64,000 nucleotides of DNA from Rebecca billardiae RCC1528 (lineage: Eukaryota; Protista; Haptophyta), in the NCBI GenBank assembly GCA_965240325.2, contig OZ251223.1, forward strand, positions 3,410,001 to 3,474,000. Direction: 5' to 3'. Every line of letters starts with the position of its first letter. The first letter of the stretch is position 1. Shown here in pieces: positions 45,001-56,705 of the stretch. A program made the position numbers and the translations under genes. Under the pieces are notes generated by a model. That model was not told the origin of the DNA. It did not search any database and saw nothing but the letters and a program-made list of their open reading frames with translations.

Positions 45001-45645
45001 AGCTTTGCGCACAGCAGCTCCGCCTCCTCGTTCGTCAGCTCGGCGTGCAGCCGGCCGAGGACCTGCCTGAACTGCTGGCGCGTCACACGGTGCATCATCT
45101 TGGCCGAGTGCTCGTTCCGCATGAAGTCATCGAAGGGCTGCTTGACCTCGAGCCGGTTGATCTTGACGAAGGCGCGGATGCGCTCGAGAATGGCCTGCAC
45201 GCGCGCCTCGTCCTCGTCCGAGAGCTGCGCGAGCGGCTTGCGCACCGACGACGGCGCGAGCGTGGGCAGCGTGGACGTCGGGTAGCGCTCCATGTTTGGC
45301 ACGACGGTCGTCAGCTCGAGCCGCTCGATCAGCGGGCCGTAGCGCACGCCGTGCGGCGAGGCGTACTTGGCCTGCAGCGCGAGGAAGTCCATCTCCGTCA
45401 GATCGTCCAGCCCCGCCACCGTCAGGGCCGTGCGGAATTTGTTCGCACTCACCGCGCCCTTGCGGAGCGGATCAAACTCGACAAAGCGCTCCTGCGCACG
45501 CGCATGCACGCGCCAAGCGGGTGAGCGCACGCCGACGCGCCCGGTGCCCTACGCGCGGGGAACGCACCTTGAGCCGGATTCCCCGCTTGTACACCTTCTC
45601 CATGAGGTCCTTCTCCAGCGCCTCCACGTCGACGTGCTTGCTCAT
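42007..45645 (-). CDS. Large multi-EF-hand repeat protein, probably ciliary/cytoskeletal; introns 45492..45567, 42495..42699, 42304..42406, 42109..42219
   Basis: Four ~260-aa modules, each with F.D.D....G.I...QFR.AL and D...DG.VNYV.F...VD, linked by QPGRPP..PRL. All four GT-AG introns keep the frame open. Confidence 0.85.
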
Positions 45646-46059
45646 CTGCGCGAGCGCACCGACGGCACCGTCGCAGGCCGCAACGTCAGCACGCGCGTGC
45701 CAGGTGGGCGCACGCGTGCCGGCGCGAGGGAAACTCACGGCGGAATGCGCGCACCTCCACGACGTGGAGCATGTCCGGACGGCCTGGGAACATGTTGGGC
45801 AGCTGTCTACGCAGGTCCAAGCCTGCGCGCACTGGCCCCGCGCGATCACGGCCGCGAACAAGCCTCCCTTGGTAGAGTGTAACAACATGCACGCGATGGC
45901 TGCCGAACGAGCGCCCGAGCTGCCGTTACGGTTGATGTGGCTCTCTTTTCGCACAGAAAGGACGCGAACGGAAATTCGCTCGTCTTTTTATTCGTCGCGC
46001 GGTTTTCTCCTTCCGTCCATCGCGCACGTGGACCAGCCTTCGACGCAGCTGCTTGCGTC

Positions 46060-46994
46060 ATGATGAATCGCGCGACGCGCGCGGCCGTCGGCACGCTGAT
46101 CATCGCGGCGGCGCTGCAGCATGGCGAGTGCCTGCGCGTGAGTGGGGCTCGCTCGCCCACTCGAGCTCGCTGCGGCGTGCCGAGCCGGCTCCTGCGCATG
46201 GCGGCAGACGCCAATGACGCGCAATTCAACGAGGAACTGCCGCCGTCACTGCTCGCAGATGCGTGGACCAAGCAAGACATTGTGAAGGACTTGGTGGATA
46301 GGCTCAAGGGCTGCAGCATCGTCATCGTCGGCCACCGCAGGGCGGCGCAGTCCTCCGGCGCGCTCGCTCTCGCGCGCCGGCTGAAGGACAAGCGGTACCG
46401 CTACCTTGACCTTTACGACATCGTCACGCAGTGCGCGGGCGGCAAGTCGCCGGCCGAGGTAAAGGAGGCGGAGGGCGAGGAGGGCTTGAGAGCACTCGAG
46501 ACGGCAATCCTCTCCGAAGCCAAGGCGTGGCCACGCTGCGTGCTCTTCGCTGCCAACGCTGGCAGCACCCCGGCAAACTGGGCGCACATGCAGCAGGCTA
46601 TCGTCGTGTGCATTGAGGCAAAGCCGGGGCCCAAGTCGGATGATCTGTGGGTGGAGCAGGCGGACGTGACGGTGCAGGTCTCTGCGGAGGTGCGCGCACG
46701 CCACGCGAGCACGCCGGCGCGTACCGGTAGTGAAGGCCCACAGAAGCGCGCACGCCCTGCCCTACGCCCTCCTCGCTGACTCCCACTCACCGCGTCACCC
46801 GTGCGCTGCAGACGTCTCCCGACGAGACGGCGCTCCTGGTCGCCAAGGAGGTTCTGCAGGCGCTGAAGGACCGCCCGCCCAGGAGCAAGGAATGGATGGA
46901 AAAGCGCGACCAGATGCTCAAGGAGCGCGGGATCGATCCGGACAACTACGACGAGGCGGGGCCGGACGACAGCCCGGATGGAGATGCGCAGTGA
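46060..46994 (+). CDS. Shikimate-kinase-like protein with a degenerate P-loop, probably plastid-targeted; intron 46690..46811
   Basis: LKGCSIVIVG..LARRL...YRYLDL...GGKSPAEV...EGEEGLRALETAIL..NWAHMQQAIVV..ADVTV follows the shikimate kinase fold order. Signal peptide plus transit-like leader present. Confidence 0.75.
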
Positions 46995-47730
46995 ATGAAT
47001 GGGGCCCGCGCTCGCCAGCGTTGTTGACGCTGGCCGTGAGTTACGAGCACAGATTACCGAGCGCCTTATGGTACTCGGCCAAACGTCGTGGTCGTGCGCC
47101 CGGCGCAATCCGCGAAGTACGGGGTTCGCTCAAATGCGATGCTTGGTTGCACGACGCTTGGACGTCACACGGGTGGTAGTCGTTGTCGCCTGCTGAGTGA
47201 CTGAGACTCCGGCCAGGGCCGGCGTTCAATGCCAACGGCTGGCGCCCTGCCGGTGGTGCTTCGGGCGCCCAGCGCGTGCTGCGGGAGTGGTCACTAGCAC
47301 GTAGCAGTCGGCGCCGTCCGTCCGATTATGATGATGTCACCCGCGTTCAGAGTTCAGGCATGCAAGTGACGCGCGCCTGAATACTATCGGCGTCCACAGT
47401 TACATTTAGTAGTCCACGGTGGTATTAACTATTATTCGTTTACGCTATAACTACTAACAATCAGGAAGTTCCTCGACATCATCACATCTATTAGTTATAG
47501 CTACGCTGTAACGGACGCGCGAGCAGCTTATAATTACATATATGTGTGTACATAAAATATTTGTCGACGAAGGCACTTCACCTCTCAGTCTAAGCCAAGT
47601 CTAGTGAATTAAGTCTGGCAGCGACCGGCATCACAGTCCGATCGCGAATTACTCAATTGACGCAGCGAGCCTCTACTCTCAATTAATTATAACCGACCAA
47701 ACGGCTCTGAGTCTGAACCGTGGCCGCTCG

Positions 47731-47778
47731 ATTAAAACAGCCAAGCCGCACATACTGACCCGGCTTGGCTGTTTTAAT
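47731..47778. other. Perfect 18-bp inverted repeat with 12-nt loop
   Basis: attaaaacagccaagccg cacatactgacc cggcttggctgttttaat. Confidence 0.9.
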
Positions 47779-48274
47779 GAAAAGTAATCCGAGTTACTGT
47801 GACAGACGACAGTCGTACCGGCGTGCCCGCACGCGGCGTGGGCGTGATTACTCTTCGGGTCACGCGCTGTCTAAGTCTCGTCATATCCAATGATGAATGA
47901 ATAAACGACGACGTCAAGATGAATGACAATAACGGCGGGCACATTACTTACACAGAAGCAGCCGGCCCGCGCTAGCGGCTAGTCCTGCCGATACCGCCAG
48001 TACTCACCCAAGTACTGGTTAGTCAGCTCTGTAACGCGGCTGGCGTCACCGACGGAATCGACCGCCGTAGCGGCGTAGACGGTCGGCCGCGGGTCAGAGT
48101 TCTGTGGGGGACACGTGCCTGAGGCCACGGCAGTGCCTAGCCGCGGAATCGTACGAGAAAGTACGCCGCAAACTGCTGCAGACAGTGTCACCTCCCTCCC
48201 AACAGGCGGTGGAGAAGGGTGCACGAGCCGGTGTCGAGTGGCACAACTCGTCCACCTCAGCATCAGCGTCAATG

Positions 48275-48952
48275 TCAGATGCCCGTGCCAATCTTCTGCT
48301 CCGAGCGCACACCGACAGTGGGCATGCTCGACTTGATCTCAAACCACTCGTTGGGGTCCTCGACATTGAACGAGCGCTTCGTCTCGCTCCTGTACCAGGC
48401 GTCCAAGTCCAGGCCGAAGCTCGACGACGTTGCGCGGCCGGTGACTGTGTTGTGAGGCGCCGAGCAGCCGTTCCACGAGGTGAGCGGAATGACAGGGTGG
48501 TCGAGGGCGCGGTGGATGACGCCCTCGAGGTCATCCTTTGCCGCTCTGTCAGCCGGCGTGTACGGGTAGTTGATGACGCCCAGCTGGAACGCCCCTTGGT
48601 CGTAGTGCGTCCGGATCTTCCAGTTGCCCGGCGCGGGGTCGGGCATTGGCAGCGAGCGGTACGGCTCAAACGAGATGGGCGACACGGTCGGGGCAGATCG
48701 AGCCCCCGCGGAGTGCGCCTTGCGTCCAACGCTCATGGTTGGCACAGCGATGTCCATCGCCTTGATTGTGCTCCCCGCCGAGACAGTCTGCTTGGGCGGC
48801 ACGGGCCACTTGGAGTCCAGGAAGCCCTTTGGCGCGGCCGCGAGCGCATCCATCTGCGCCTTGGTCAGCGGCTTGGTCGGCGTGAGCGCGCGGTGGCTCA
48901 CCACCGACACTTCGGGCTTCTTCAACTTTGTCTGAGCGAACGACTGCGGCAT
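48275..48952 (-). CDS. Hypothetical protein (~225 aa; 3' end uncertain, possible extra exon to 47979)
   Basis: ORF MPQSFAQTKL... with host codon bias, divergent from the kinase gene. No family recognised. Confidence 0.6.
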   Translation of the reverse strand: MPQSFAQTKLKKPEVSVVSHRALTPTKPLTKAQMDALAAAPKGFLDSKWPVPPKQTVSAGSTIKAMDIAVPTMSVGRKAHSAGARSAPTVSPISFEPYRSLPMPDPAPGNWKIRTHYDQGAFQLGVINYPYTPADRAAKDDLEGVIHRALDHPVIPLTSWNGCSAPHNTVTGRATSSSFGLDLDAWYRSETKRSFNVEDPNEWFEIKSSMPTVGVRSEQKIGTGI

Positions 48953-49307
48953 GCTGGACCGGGTACGGGGCCTGCCGGCTGCGCGAGTTGGCGGACGCGA
49001 GAGCTGCACGCGTGCGCCGCCCTTGCGCGGCCCTCGTCGCGAAAACGATGATGCCCGATATCTGGATGAAACAGACAGCGTTCAGTCGCGCGCGGTCATC
49101 AATTTTGCTGGGGACTTTGTAACGTTGAGGTCCGGGATCGGCGAGCAGTCCGGGTGGGCTCCGTCTGACCGCTCGTCAACCCTGCCGCTCCGGCTGACCG
49201 GCTTGGGCAGCGAATAGCGATCGAGAGAACTGGAGAGAAGGACCACAGAGCTGCGTCCGAGAGATCCCGTCCACACACAGCACGCACAAGACCAAGCACG
49301 TCGCGCG

Positions 49308-50687
49308 ATGTCACTCGCGCGTCGCGCCGTTGAGGACAGTGGCAAGTACACCATCGTCGGTTCGCTCGGAGCCGGTGCCTCGGGGCAATGTTGGCTGGTC
49401 CAGCGCTTCGGATCGGACGCGAAGCTGGCTGCGAAGACGGTGGGGCCGATCGACAATATGTCTGCGCACGAAGCCGAGGTGATGAAGCGGGAAGCGCGCA
49501 TGCTGGCTGCCGTCAAGCATCCTCACTCGCTGCGCATGAGGGAGTCTTTCATGAGTCACAACTATCTCGTCATCATCACGGACTACGCCAGCGCAGGGAC
49601 GCTGCACACCTTCGCCAACGAGCGCAACTTTCTTGTCAGTGAGGTCCGCGCTCGAGCGCGTGGCCGAGAGACACGCGCATCAGACCCCGCTGAGCCCCGC
49701 GCGCCCCGTTGTCAGTGAGGTCCGCGCTCGAGCGCGTGGCCGAGAGACACGCGCATCAGACCCCGCTGAGCCCCGCGCGCCCCGTTGTCAGTGAGGTCCG
49801 CGCTCGAGCGCGTGGCCGAGAGACACGCGCATCAGACCCCGCTGAGCCCCGCGCGCCCCGTGCGCGCATTGCCTACACGACGATCCATCCCACAGGCCGA
49901 AGTATGGCGCATCGCCTCGGAGCTGCTCACCGCGCTTGCGCACTTGCACGCAATGCGCATCATGCACCGAGACATCAAGGCGCACAACATCTTCATGCAC
50001 CGCGCGGTCGACGGGGAGCTCACGAGCTGCCTGGGCGACTTTGGGCTGGCTCGGCTGCTTGCTGCAACAAGCAGCGTTGACGCTGCGCTGACATGCTGTG
50101 GCACGCCGCAGCACATGGCACCGGAGCTTTTTGGCTCGTCGCAGTACGGCACTGCCGTGGACGTATGGGCGACTGGCTGCGTGCTGCACTGCATCTGCTC
50201 GGGCGACGGCTCGCCCCCCTTTGCGCTGCCCCCCCGCGCGCGCGACACCATCTACCAGCTCGGATATCGGATCGTGAGCGACTCGCCCAGGCCGATTTCG
50301 CCCGACGGCGGCTACAGCGCCGAGCTGCAAGACCTGATCGGTCGTATGCTGATCAAGGACCCCGCGCGCCGACCGACCGCTCTCGAGTTGCTCGACACAC
50401 CCAAGATCCAGTCGCACGTCGAGCGTGTGAAATACCATCGCGCGAGCAATGCCATGCACAAACTGCGTGACGCGCCCAGCGCCGCTGGCGACTCGCACAT
50501 CACGGACACCACGTCTGATGCAGGCAGCGGCAGCGCCATGGCGGTCGATGACCGCAGCCGCAGCGCCGAGGCAGACGGCATGTCGGCATCGACAGCCTCT
50601 CTGGCGCTTTCCATCATGGAGGCCGATGGACCCGAGCAGGTTTTTGGTAAGCTATGCCTATTGGCACCAGACGTGACTCTGTGCTGA
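49308..50687 (+). CDS. NEK/NIMA-like Ser/Thr protein kinase; intron 49644..49895 (possible final intron 50640..50715)
   Basis: LGAGASG, AAK, EARML...KHP, IITDYA..GTL, SE|AEVW, HRDIKAHNIF, GDFGLA, GTPQHMAPE, DVWATGC and DPARRPTA. Confidence 0.9.
49634..49861 (+). repeat. Three perfect tandem copies of a 76-bp unit spanning the kinase exon/intron donor
   Basis: tgtcagtgaggtccgcg...ccccgt starts at 49634, 49710 and 49786. Confidence 0.95.
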
Positions 50688-51519
50688 CACAGCGCGCGGC
50701 TGCCCCCCGGTGCAGGCGTGATGAAGTGGCTATCTGTTGCACATCATGGCTGAGCATGGCGCTGGGACCCATCGGCTTATTCGAGCTCGAACTACCGGAG
50801 TCCCGCCAGTCCGGACGAGCTCACCCCGCGGCGGTCGGCGGCGGCGGAAACTTTTTGTCATCATCATGACATCATCCGCGCGAGCAGGTGTCACTCAATG
50901 TAGGGGTGACGCGGGTACACCGTTGCCGTAGCTACTAGACTAGCTATAGTTGCCAGTCGTGCAGAATGCTGCTTAGTAACCGAGCAGCAGCATATATTCT
51001 GCGTGCGCAGTTTTCATAATTCAAATTTTATTTAGACTACTGGTGGGTGATGACGACCGGATGACATTCAGACAGATGAGACTCATCCGACTCAGTCTCA
51101 GACTGTGACTGTGTGCTGAGTGTGAGCTCCGTCAGCGAGATATACCGCGGCCAATACTCAATAGCAGCGCCGCAGCCGCCCCTGGGCCTGGCCGGAGGCG
51201 CCGAGGCGGCGATGCGCCGGCGAGGCGGAGCGGCCGACCGTACCGCCTATAAATAAGCTACGGTAGTACGGAACGGGCGAGGCTCAGAGTCTCACTCTCA
51301 GACGGTCGCCGAGCCCGAGGGACCCTCATCAACTCCCCGCCCAGTAGTCGGACTAGTCGGTGCTCGCCGTTCGAGTTCGTCGCCCGGGAAAGTCATCGGG
51401 TAGCGACGCGAATTCCGAATCTATGGAGGCTCATGGTTCGGTTCGGAGCTGCTGATCGAGTGACACTGAAGCCCGATGAAGACGGTTCGTCAGTTGCCAG
51501 TCGTGCAGCCCAGGCCCAT

Positions 51520-52755
51520 CTACGAGCTCTTGGCTGGGCCGCGCTTCGTGCGCGACCACATGCTCATGTCGCTGCGCGTGACGAATTCCCAGATCACGCC
51601 CGACCACGAGGTGTACGAGTCGTACCCGGAGTAGAACTCCGGTGCCAGAGCGCGCAGCTGCGGCAGCTTGGACCACGCGACGTAGGGGAAATCGTGGTGC
51701 TCGTTGTGGTAACCCACGTTGAAGGTGATGAGGTTCAGCCAGCCGTAGTACGAGTACGTCTCCTGGCCCGGGCGGAAGACGTAGTGCTCGGACAGGAAGT
51801 GGCCTGCGCGCAGGGCCAGGCGCCGCCGCGGGCGCGAGGGCGCACGAGCTCAGGCGGCCGTCTGCAGGCGCTCCTCCCGGTGGCGCGCGCTGCGCACCTG
51901 CGGTGGGGTGTAGGCTGCCAGCCAGCAACAGACATAGCACCAAGTACATCATCGGGCCGAAGCCGAAGAAGCGCACCATTACGGCATCAAAGGTCAGCTG
52001 CGCGGTGCGGTGCGGACGGAAGACGAGGGATGAGGAGCATGCGTGAGCGCCACGCGCGCACGAGCCACGCCGTGCGTGCGTCGGTCTCCCGAGACCGGCC
52101 TGGCTTCGCTCGAGGTCGCGAGATCGCCCTCCCTCGCGGAGAGCACCGCTCATGGCGCGCTCGCTCGCTCACGCACCTGCACAACGATGTTCAGCGCGTG
52201 CATGGCAGTCGGAGTCTGCGCCTTGATCATCATCGGGCGCAGCGCGTAAAAGACAATCTGCAACGCGCACCAGACCAGCTTGCCAAGAGGTCCTCGGAAG
52301 AGCGTGGCCTCCAGGCGGCTCGGAATGTCCGTGTCGATCCCATCCAGCCCCTGCATCTTGTGGTGATCGATGTGGTACTGCTTGAAGGTGATGCAGTACG
52401 GGAACACGATCGGCAGGTTGGCCACCATGGCGATCAGCCGGTTCACCTCAGGGCGCTTCGCGCCCAGGTTGTGCGCGAGCTCGTGGATTCCCAAGAAGAG
52501 CGCCTGCGTGATCGTCGCGCCAACCACGTACGCCGTCGCGAGGTACACGGGCCAAGACGCCTCCTGCATCACCACGCTCAGCGAGACCTGCAGCGCGACC
52601 ATCGCCAGGCAGATCCACTTGGTCTTGGGCTCCGGGCCCATGAGTTTTTGGACCTGCGGGTACTTCTTGAGGATCGCCTTCCTCCGCGCAGCATGCGGCT
52701 CGTCGTCAGAGGACCAGTAGAAGTCCCGGGGCGCCCCGTCTGCGCCGCCACCCAT
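51520..52755 (-). CDS. DES1: Sphingolipid delta-4 desaturase/C4-hydroxylase; introns 51998..52176 and 51804..51897
   Basis: DFYWS..DEPHA.RRK.IL.KYP; His boxes HELAHN, YHIDHH and GYHNEHHDFP; HPTA|GHFLSEHY. Confidence 0.95.
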
Positions 52756-52921
52756 CGCTGCGTACTGTTGCGCGGTTGCTCGAATCTGCGCGCCTTGCCC
52801 GCGTTCGTTCTCCGGACCCGCCTCAGTACCTACCGGCAGTGTGAGATCGACCAATCAGGAGTTCGCAGCCGGTCTCCGCGGTCGATCGAGCTGCCACGAC
52901 AAGGAATCCAGAGAAGTCAGC

Positions 52922-54409
52922 ATGGCGTTCCTCGCACGCGCGCTCCGGCTCACCTTCCTCGTGCTCGTGTCACTTCTTGGATGGCGAGGCGCTCTATGCT
53001 GCGACTTGTGCGACGGGATAGAGCGCGCAGACTCTGCCGTGGTCAAGCTCACCGATGACACGATCGATGCGGCGCTCGCCGCGCACACGGCGGTCCTGCT
53101 CGGCTTTTATGCGCCGTGGTGTGAGATGTGCAAGTGGTTTGCGCCGACGTACGAGAAGGTGGCGAGCACACTGCGCGCCGAGGGGGTGCTCGTGGCCAAG
53201 GTGAGCGTTGCTGAGCATCCACGCCTGGCCCGCCGCTTCGGCGTCGAGGTCACCAACCAGCCAGTGCTGCGGGTCGTGCGGCGCGGGCATGTGATGCCGT
53301 ACAGCGGAGCGCATGTCGCCGCCCCGCTCGTCTCGACGATGCGCGCGCACGCGCGTCCGGCGGTCGTCGACCTCGGCGATGATGGCGCAGCCGCCGAGCG
53401 CTTCAGTCGAGCCACAGACGGCCCGCTCGATCGTGTCGTCCTCCGCGCGGCCGCGGCTGCGGGCGACAGCGCGCACTCCGCGCTCGTGGACGTTGCGGAC
53501 GAGGTGGCGGGCACGCTGCTCCTCGAGGCGGCGTTCGGGTCGACGCGGAGCGGCGAGTACGGAGGGCGCGGCGCCGACGAGCGGGTGGTTGAAATGACCC
53601 GACTTTGGGTGGCCACGCCGGAAGGCAAGGCCGCCGCTCATGCCACCGGCATCGACGAGCAGGAGCGAGTGCAGTACCTCGGTCCCGCCTCGTTTGGGCC
53701 GCTGCGCGATTGGACCGTGTGGCGCGGCGCACCCATGTGCGCCGAGCTCACCGCCGCGACGGTGCAACGGTACCTACGGCGTGGCTCAACAGCCGTCCTC
53801 GCGCTCGACGCCCACGCCACGCCGAGTGAGGTGCGCGAGTACGCCCGCGCGCTGTGCGAGCTCGCCCGCGTGCGCGCCCCACGCGCAGACGCGGGCGAGG
53901 TGCCCGTGTGGCTCGTGTGGCTGCGCAAGGCCGACCCCGTGCATGGCCGGCTGCTGCGCAAGCTCGGCCTGGAGGGGCGCGGGACGGACTTTGTGGTGCT
54001 CAATGTGACTGGCCCTGGCGAATTCACGCAGCACACGCTCCGCCAGCGCCCCAGCCGAGCCCCCGCGCTCGAGGCTGTCGCGGCTGCGCACCTGGACAGC
54101 TACGCGCGCGGCGAGCTGCGCGCCGACGTGTTCATGCTCGGGATACGGCTGGAGGGCGCTGTGTGGTCGTGGTCGGCTGCTCTCGGCCTGAGCGCGTGCG
54201 TTGCCGCGATCGCGATCTCGAGCTGGACCCTGCGCCGCGGTCGTCGGTCAGGGGTACCGCCCGCCCTGGGGACAGCGCCTCCGCCAGAGGCCAAGCCGTC
54301 GGCGGCGCCCGACAAGGCCCCGGCGTCCCGAGCTGGAGCAGCCGCCGCGGCGCCCGACATAGGCGCTGCCCCAGCAAGTGCATCCTGGGAATCAGCATCA
54401 GCTCATTGA
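52922..54409 (+). CDS. Protein disulfide isomerase/TMX-like thioredoxin-domain membrane protein
   Basis: Signal peptide; VVKLTDDT..VLLGFYAPWCEMCK..APTYEKVA..VAKV; C-terminal TM helix. Confidence 0.82.
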   Translation: MAFLARALRLTFLVLVSLLGWRGALCCDLCDGIERADSAVVKLTDDTIDAALAAHTAVLLGFYAPWCEMCKWFAPTYEKVASTLRAEGVLVAKVSVAEHPRLARRFGVEVTNQPVLRVVRRGHVMPYSGAHVAAPLVSTMRAHARPAVVDLGDDGAAAERFSRATDGPLDRVVLRAAAAAGDSAHSALVDVADEVAGTLLLEAAFGSTRSGEYGGRGADERVVEMTRLWVATPEGKAAAHATGIDEQERVQYLGPASFGPLRDWTVWRGAPMCAELTAATVQRYLRRGSTAVLALDAHATPSEVREYARALCELARVRAPRADAGEVPVWLVWLRKADPVHGRLLRKLGLEGRGTDFVVLNVTGPGEFTQHTLRQRPSRAPALEAVAAAHLDSYARGELRADVFMLGIRLEGAVWSWSAALGLSACVAAIAISSWTLRRGRRSGVPPALGTAPPPEAKPSAAPDKAPASRAGAAAAAPDIGAAPASASWESASAH

Positions 54410-54743
54410 CGGCCACGCTACTGTGCGATGTCCGGTGGCAGCACGTCTCGAGCCAGAGGTTGCTACGGCTCAACTAATGATACGGCTGAGGGCGCGGCGG
54501 GCCCGCCCGCCCCGGTGCGGCTCCGCGGCTGGGTGGGGTGCAGTAGCTTAGCATTCTGGCAAAGTAGTACTACTGTACTACTAGCTAGCACTACGCACTG
54601 ATGCGATGGCCGCCTTTTCGCCGGTCGTCGCCTACCGCGGGCAAAAGCCAAAACTGAACGCGAACTACGTCTTTATGGGGGACGCGATGAAAAACTACCA
54701 CACAAGATGGCGGCGGTCTGGGAGACTCCAGGGTGACCCTTCC

Positions 54744-56243
54744 ATGCGGCATGTGTGCGCTGGTCGCATATTCGTCGCGATAATTGCCGTGAGCGCCATC
54801 GTGGCCTTTACCTTCTACCTAAGCGCAGCACTGCCCATCCCTCTGCCCAACGTGGCAACGCGCGCCGTACTAGCACCTCGCCTGAGACGGCAGCTGTCAG
54901 CGCAAGCAAGCGTTTCGCGAAGGCGCAACGCCGCGCCGCGCCGTGAGGCCCTGTCCGTGCGCATCTTTGTGTACGAGCTGAGCGAGGTCGTCGGAGATGT
55001 GTGGGCGCAGCTGGAGGCCGCCACGACGGCCAAGGGAGCAACGTGCGACTTCCGCGAGCGGGATTGCGGCCTGCACCAATTCATGCACGAGCGCGTACTG
55101 GTGGATCACCTGCGCGCCTCGCCGCACGTCACGACCGATCCGGCCGCGGCCGACCTCTTCCTCGTCCCGTTCCCATCTACGCTGTTTTACATGCTGAGGC
55201 GCGACATCGGGAGGCTGAGGCGCTGCCTGCCGTGCGAGGAGGTGGAGGAGCGGATCGAGCACCTGATCAGGCACTCGGTGGTGGGCAAGGCGCGCTGGCA
55301 GCGCCGGCACGGGCACGACCACGTCTTCTTCTCGCTGCGCTGCCCGCACGAGGCGAATGTGGACCTGACGAATCGCGGGTTTAAGCACGTCTTCAACACG
55401 TTCGAGCCGACCGTGCGCGGCGTGCACATCTGCCTCGAGCCGCCGCGTGCCATCTACCTCAGGGACGTGGAGTCCAGCTGGAGATTCCACGCGATCGTCG
55501 TGCCCGCGCTCGTCGACACGCCTCTACTCCTCGACGACGCGTACGAGGAGCGCACCGCGCAGAAGAGCACGCTGCTCTTCTTCCAGGGCGCGACGCACAA
55601 CTCCAAGGTGCGCGAGCCAGTGACTGCGGCGATGGCGTCGGCGGGGGACTGCAAGGTCGTGACGCAGCACGGCCGCTTCCACTTCCTCCAACCGGAGGAG
55701 CACGCGCGGCTGATGGGGCAGTCCACATTCTGCTACTGCCCGCGTGGGGACACAGCGATCTCGAAGCGCATGTACGACGCCGTCGCCGCGCGGTGCATCC
55801 CGGTCGTCGTGGCCGACGACGCGGAGTGGGCCTTTGAGACGCGCGCGCCGCGCGCGCACTTCAGCGTGCACGTGCAGGAGGATGCCGTGCTCGAGCGACC
55901 CAAGGACGGCGGCCCGTCGGCGAGCGGCGCAGAGCGCCTGATCGACATGCTGCGCGCGCTCCCTGCCGAGCGCGTACGCGCGTTGCAGCGCGCGCTCGAG
56001 ACCAACTGGCGTAGATACCGCTATGGGCCCTCGTACGTGCCAGGGGAGGTGCTGGACTCGGTGGTTGAGGAGCTCGGCGACCGGCTCGCGGTGCTGCGCG
56101 AAGTCGAGCGCGAGGCCGCGGCGAGCGGCGAGGGGGCGGACGGCCAGCCTTCGCGGCTGAGCGCCGAGGAGTGGGCTCGCCGCCTGCGCGAGCGCTTCGA
56201 CGCGCAGTTCGCGCAGGCGCCGCCCAACTGGGAGCCCATCTGA
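54744..56243 (+). CDS. Exostosin family glycosyltransferase (GT47), type II membrane
   Basis: N-terminal TM; RIFVYEL, TTDP..ADLFLVP, WQRRHGHDHVF, LLFFQG and STFCYCPRGDT..SKRMYDAV...CIPVVV. Confidence 0.92.
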   Translation: MRHVCAGRIFVAIIAVSAIVAFTFYLSAALPIPLPNVATRAVLAPRLRRQLSAQASVSRRRNAAPRREALSVRIFVYELSEVVGDVWAQLEAATTAKGATCDFRERDCGLHQFMHERVLVDHLRASPHVTTDPAAADLFLVPFPSTLFYMLRRDIGRLRRCLPCEEVEERIEHLIRHSVVGKARWQRRHGHDHVFFSLRCPHEANVDLTNRGFKHVFNTFEPTVRGVHICLEPPRAIYLRDVESSWRFHAIVVPALVDTPLLLDDAYEERTAQKSTLLFFQGATHNSKVREPVTAAMASAGDCKVVTQHGRFHFLQPEEHARLMGQSTFCYCPRGDTAISKRMYDAVAARCIPVVVADDAEWAFETRAPRAHFSVHVQEDAVLERPKDGGPSASGAERLIDMLRALPAERVRALQRALETNWRRYRYGPSYVPGEVLDSVVEELGDRLAVLREVEREAAASGEGADGQPSRLSAEEWARRLRERFDAQFAQAPPNWEPI

Positions 56244-56273
56244 CTGACGATGCCGAGTAGCCCACTACTATGA

Positions 56274-56705
56274 CTACAGTTTTAAGAGTTACTGCTAAGA
56301 ATTAAAGAGACGCACACAGCTCAGGCAGGCGAGATAATGGATTGTGAGTATGATGGGGCTATCGTCCGACTATCCGCCCGGATAGATCCGGGCCAGGGTA
56401 AGCTAGGGCTGGAGGCTTCGGCCGCCAGCCTGATCACCCGGAGCCCGTTATAAAGGGGAATTTAAAAGATCGCGATCGATATTAATTATAAGTAATTAAC
56501 TCAGAGCGCTAGGGGTCAAGACAGTATCTCGCCTGCCTGAGCTGTATGCGTCTCTTATTCTTAGTAAACTGTAGTAGTACTCATTCTTTCTGAACAACGG
56601 TTAATATTAAGTTCCCCGCCGCCTTTATTACTGTATAATGACGGGCTCCGGGTGATCAGACGACTGGCGCCGCCGAAGCCTCCAGTCAAGCCCTACCCTG
56701 GCCAG
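56274..56705. repeat. Cluster of a short dispersed repeat in both orientations (a 56274-56337, b 56391-56460, a' 56521-56578, b' 56611-56703)
   Basis: a' and b' are reverse complements of a and b with small insertions; part of a' also occurs at ~33038-33063. Confidence 0.8.
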
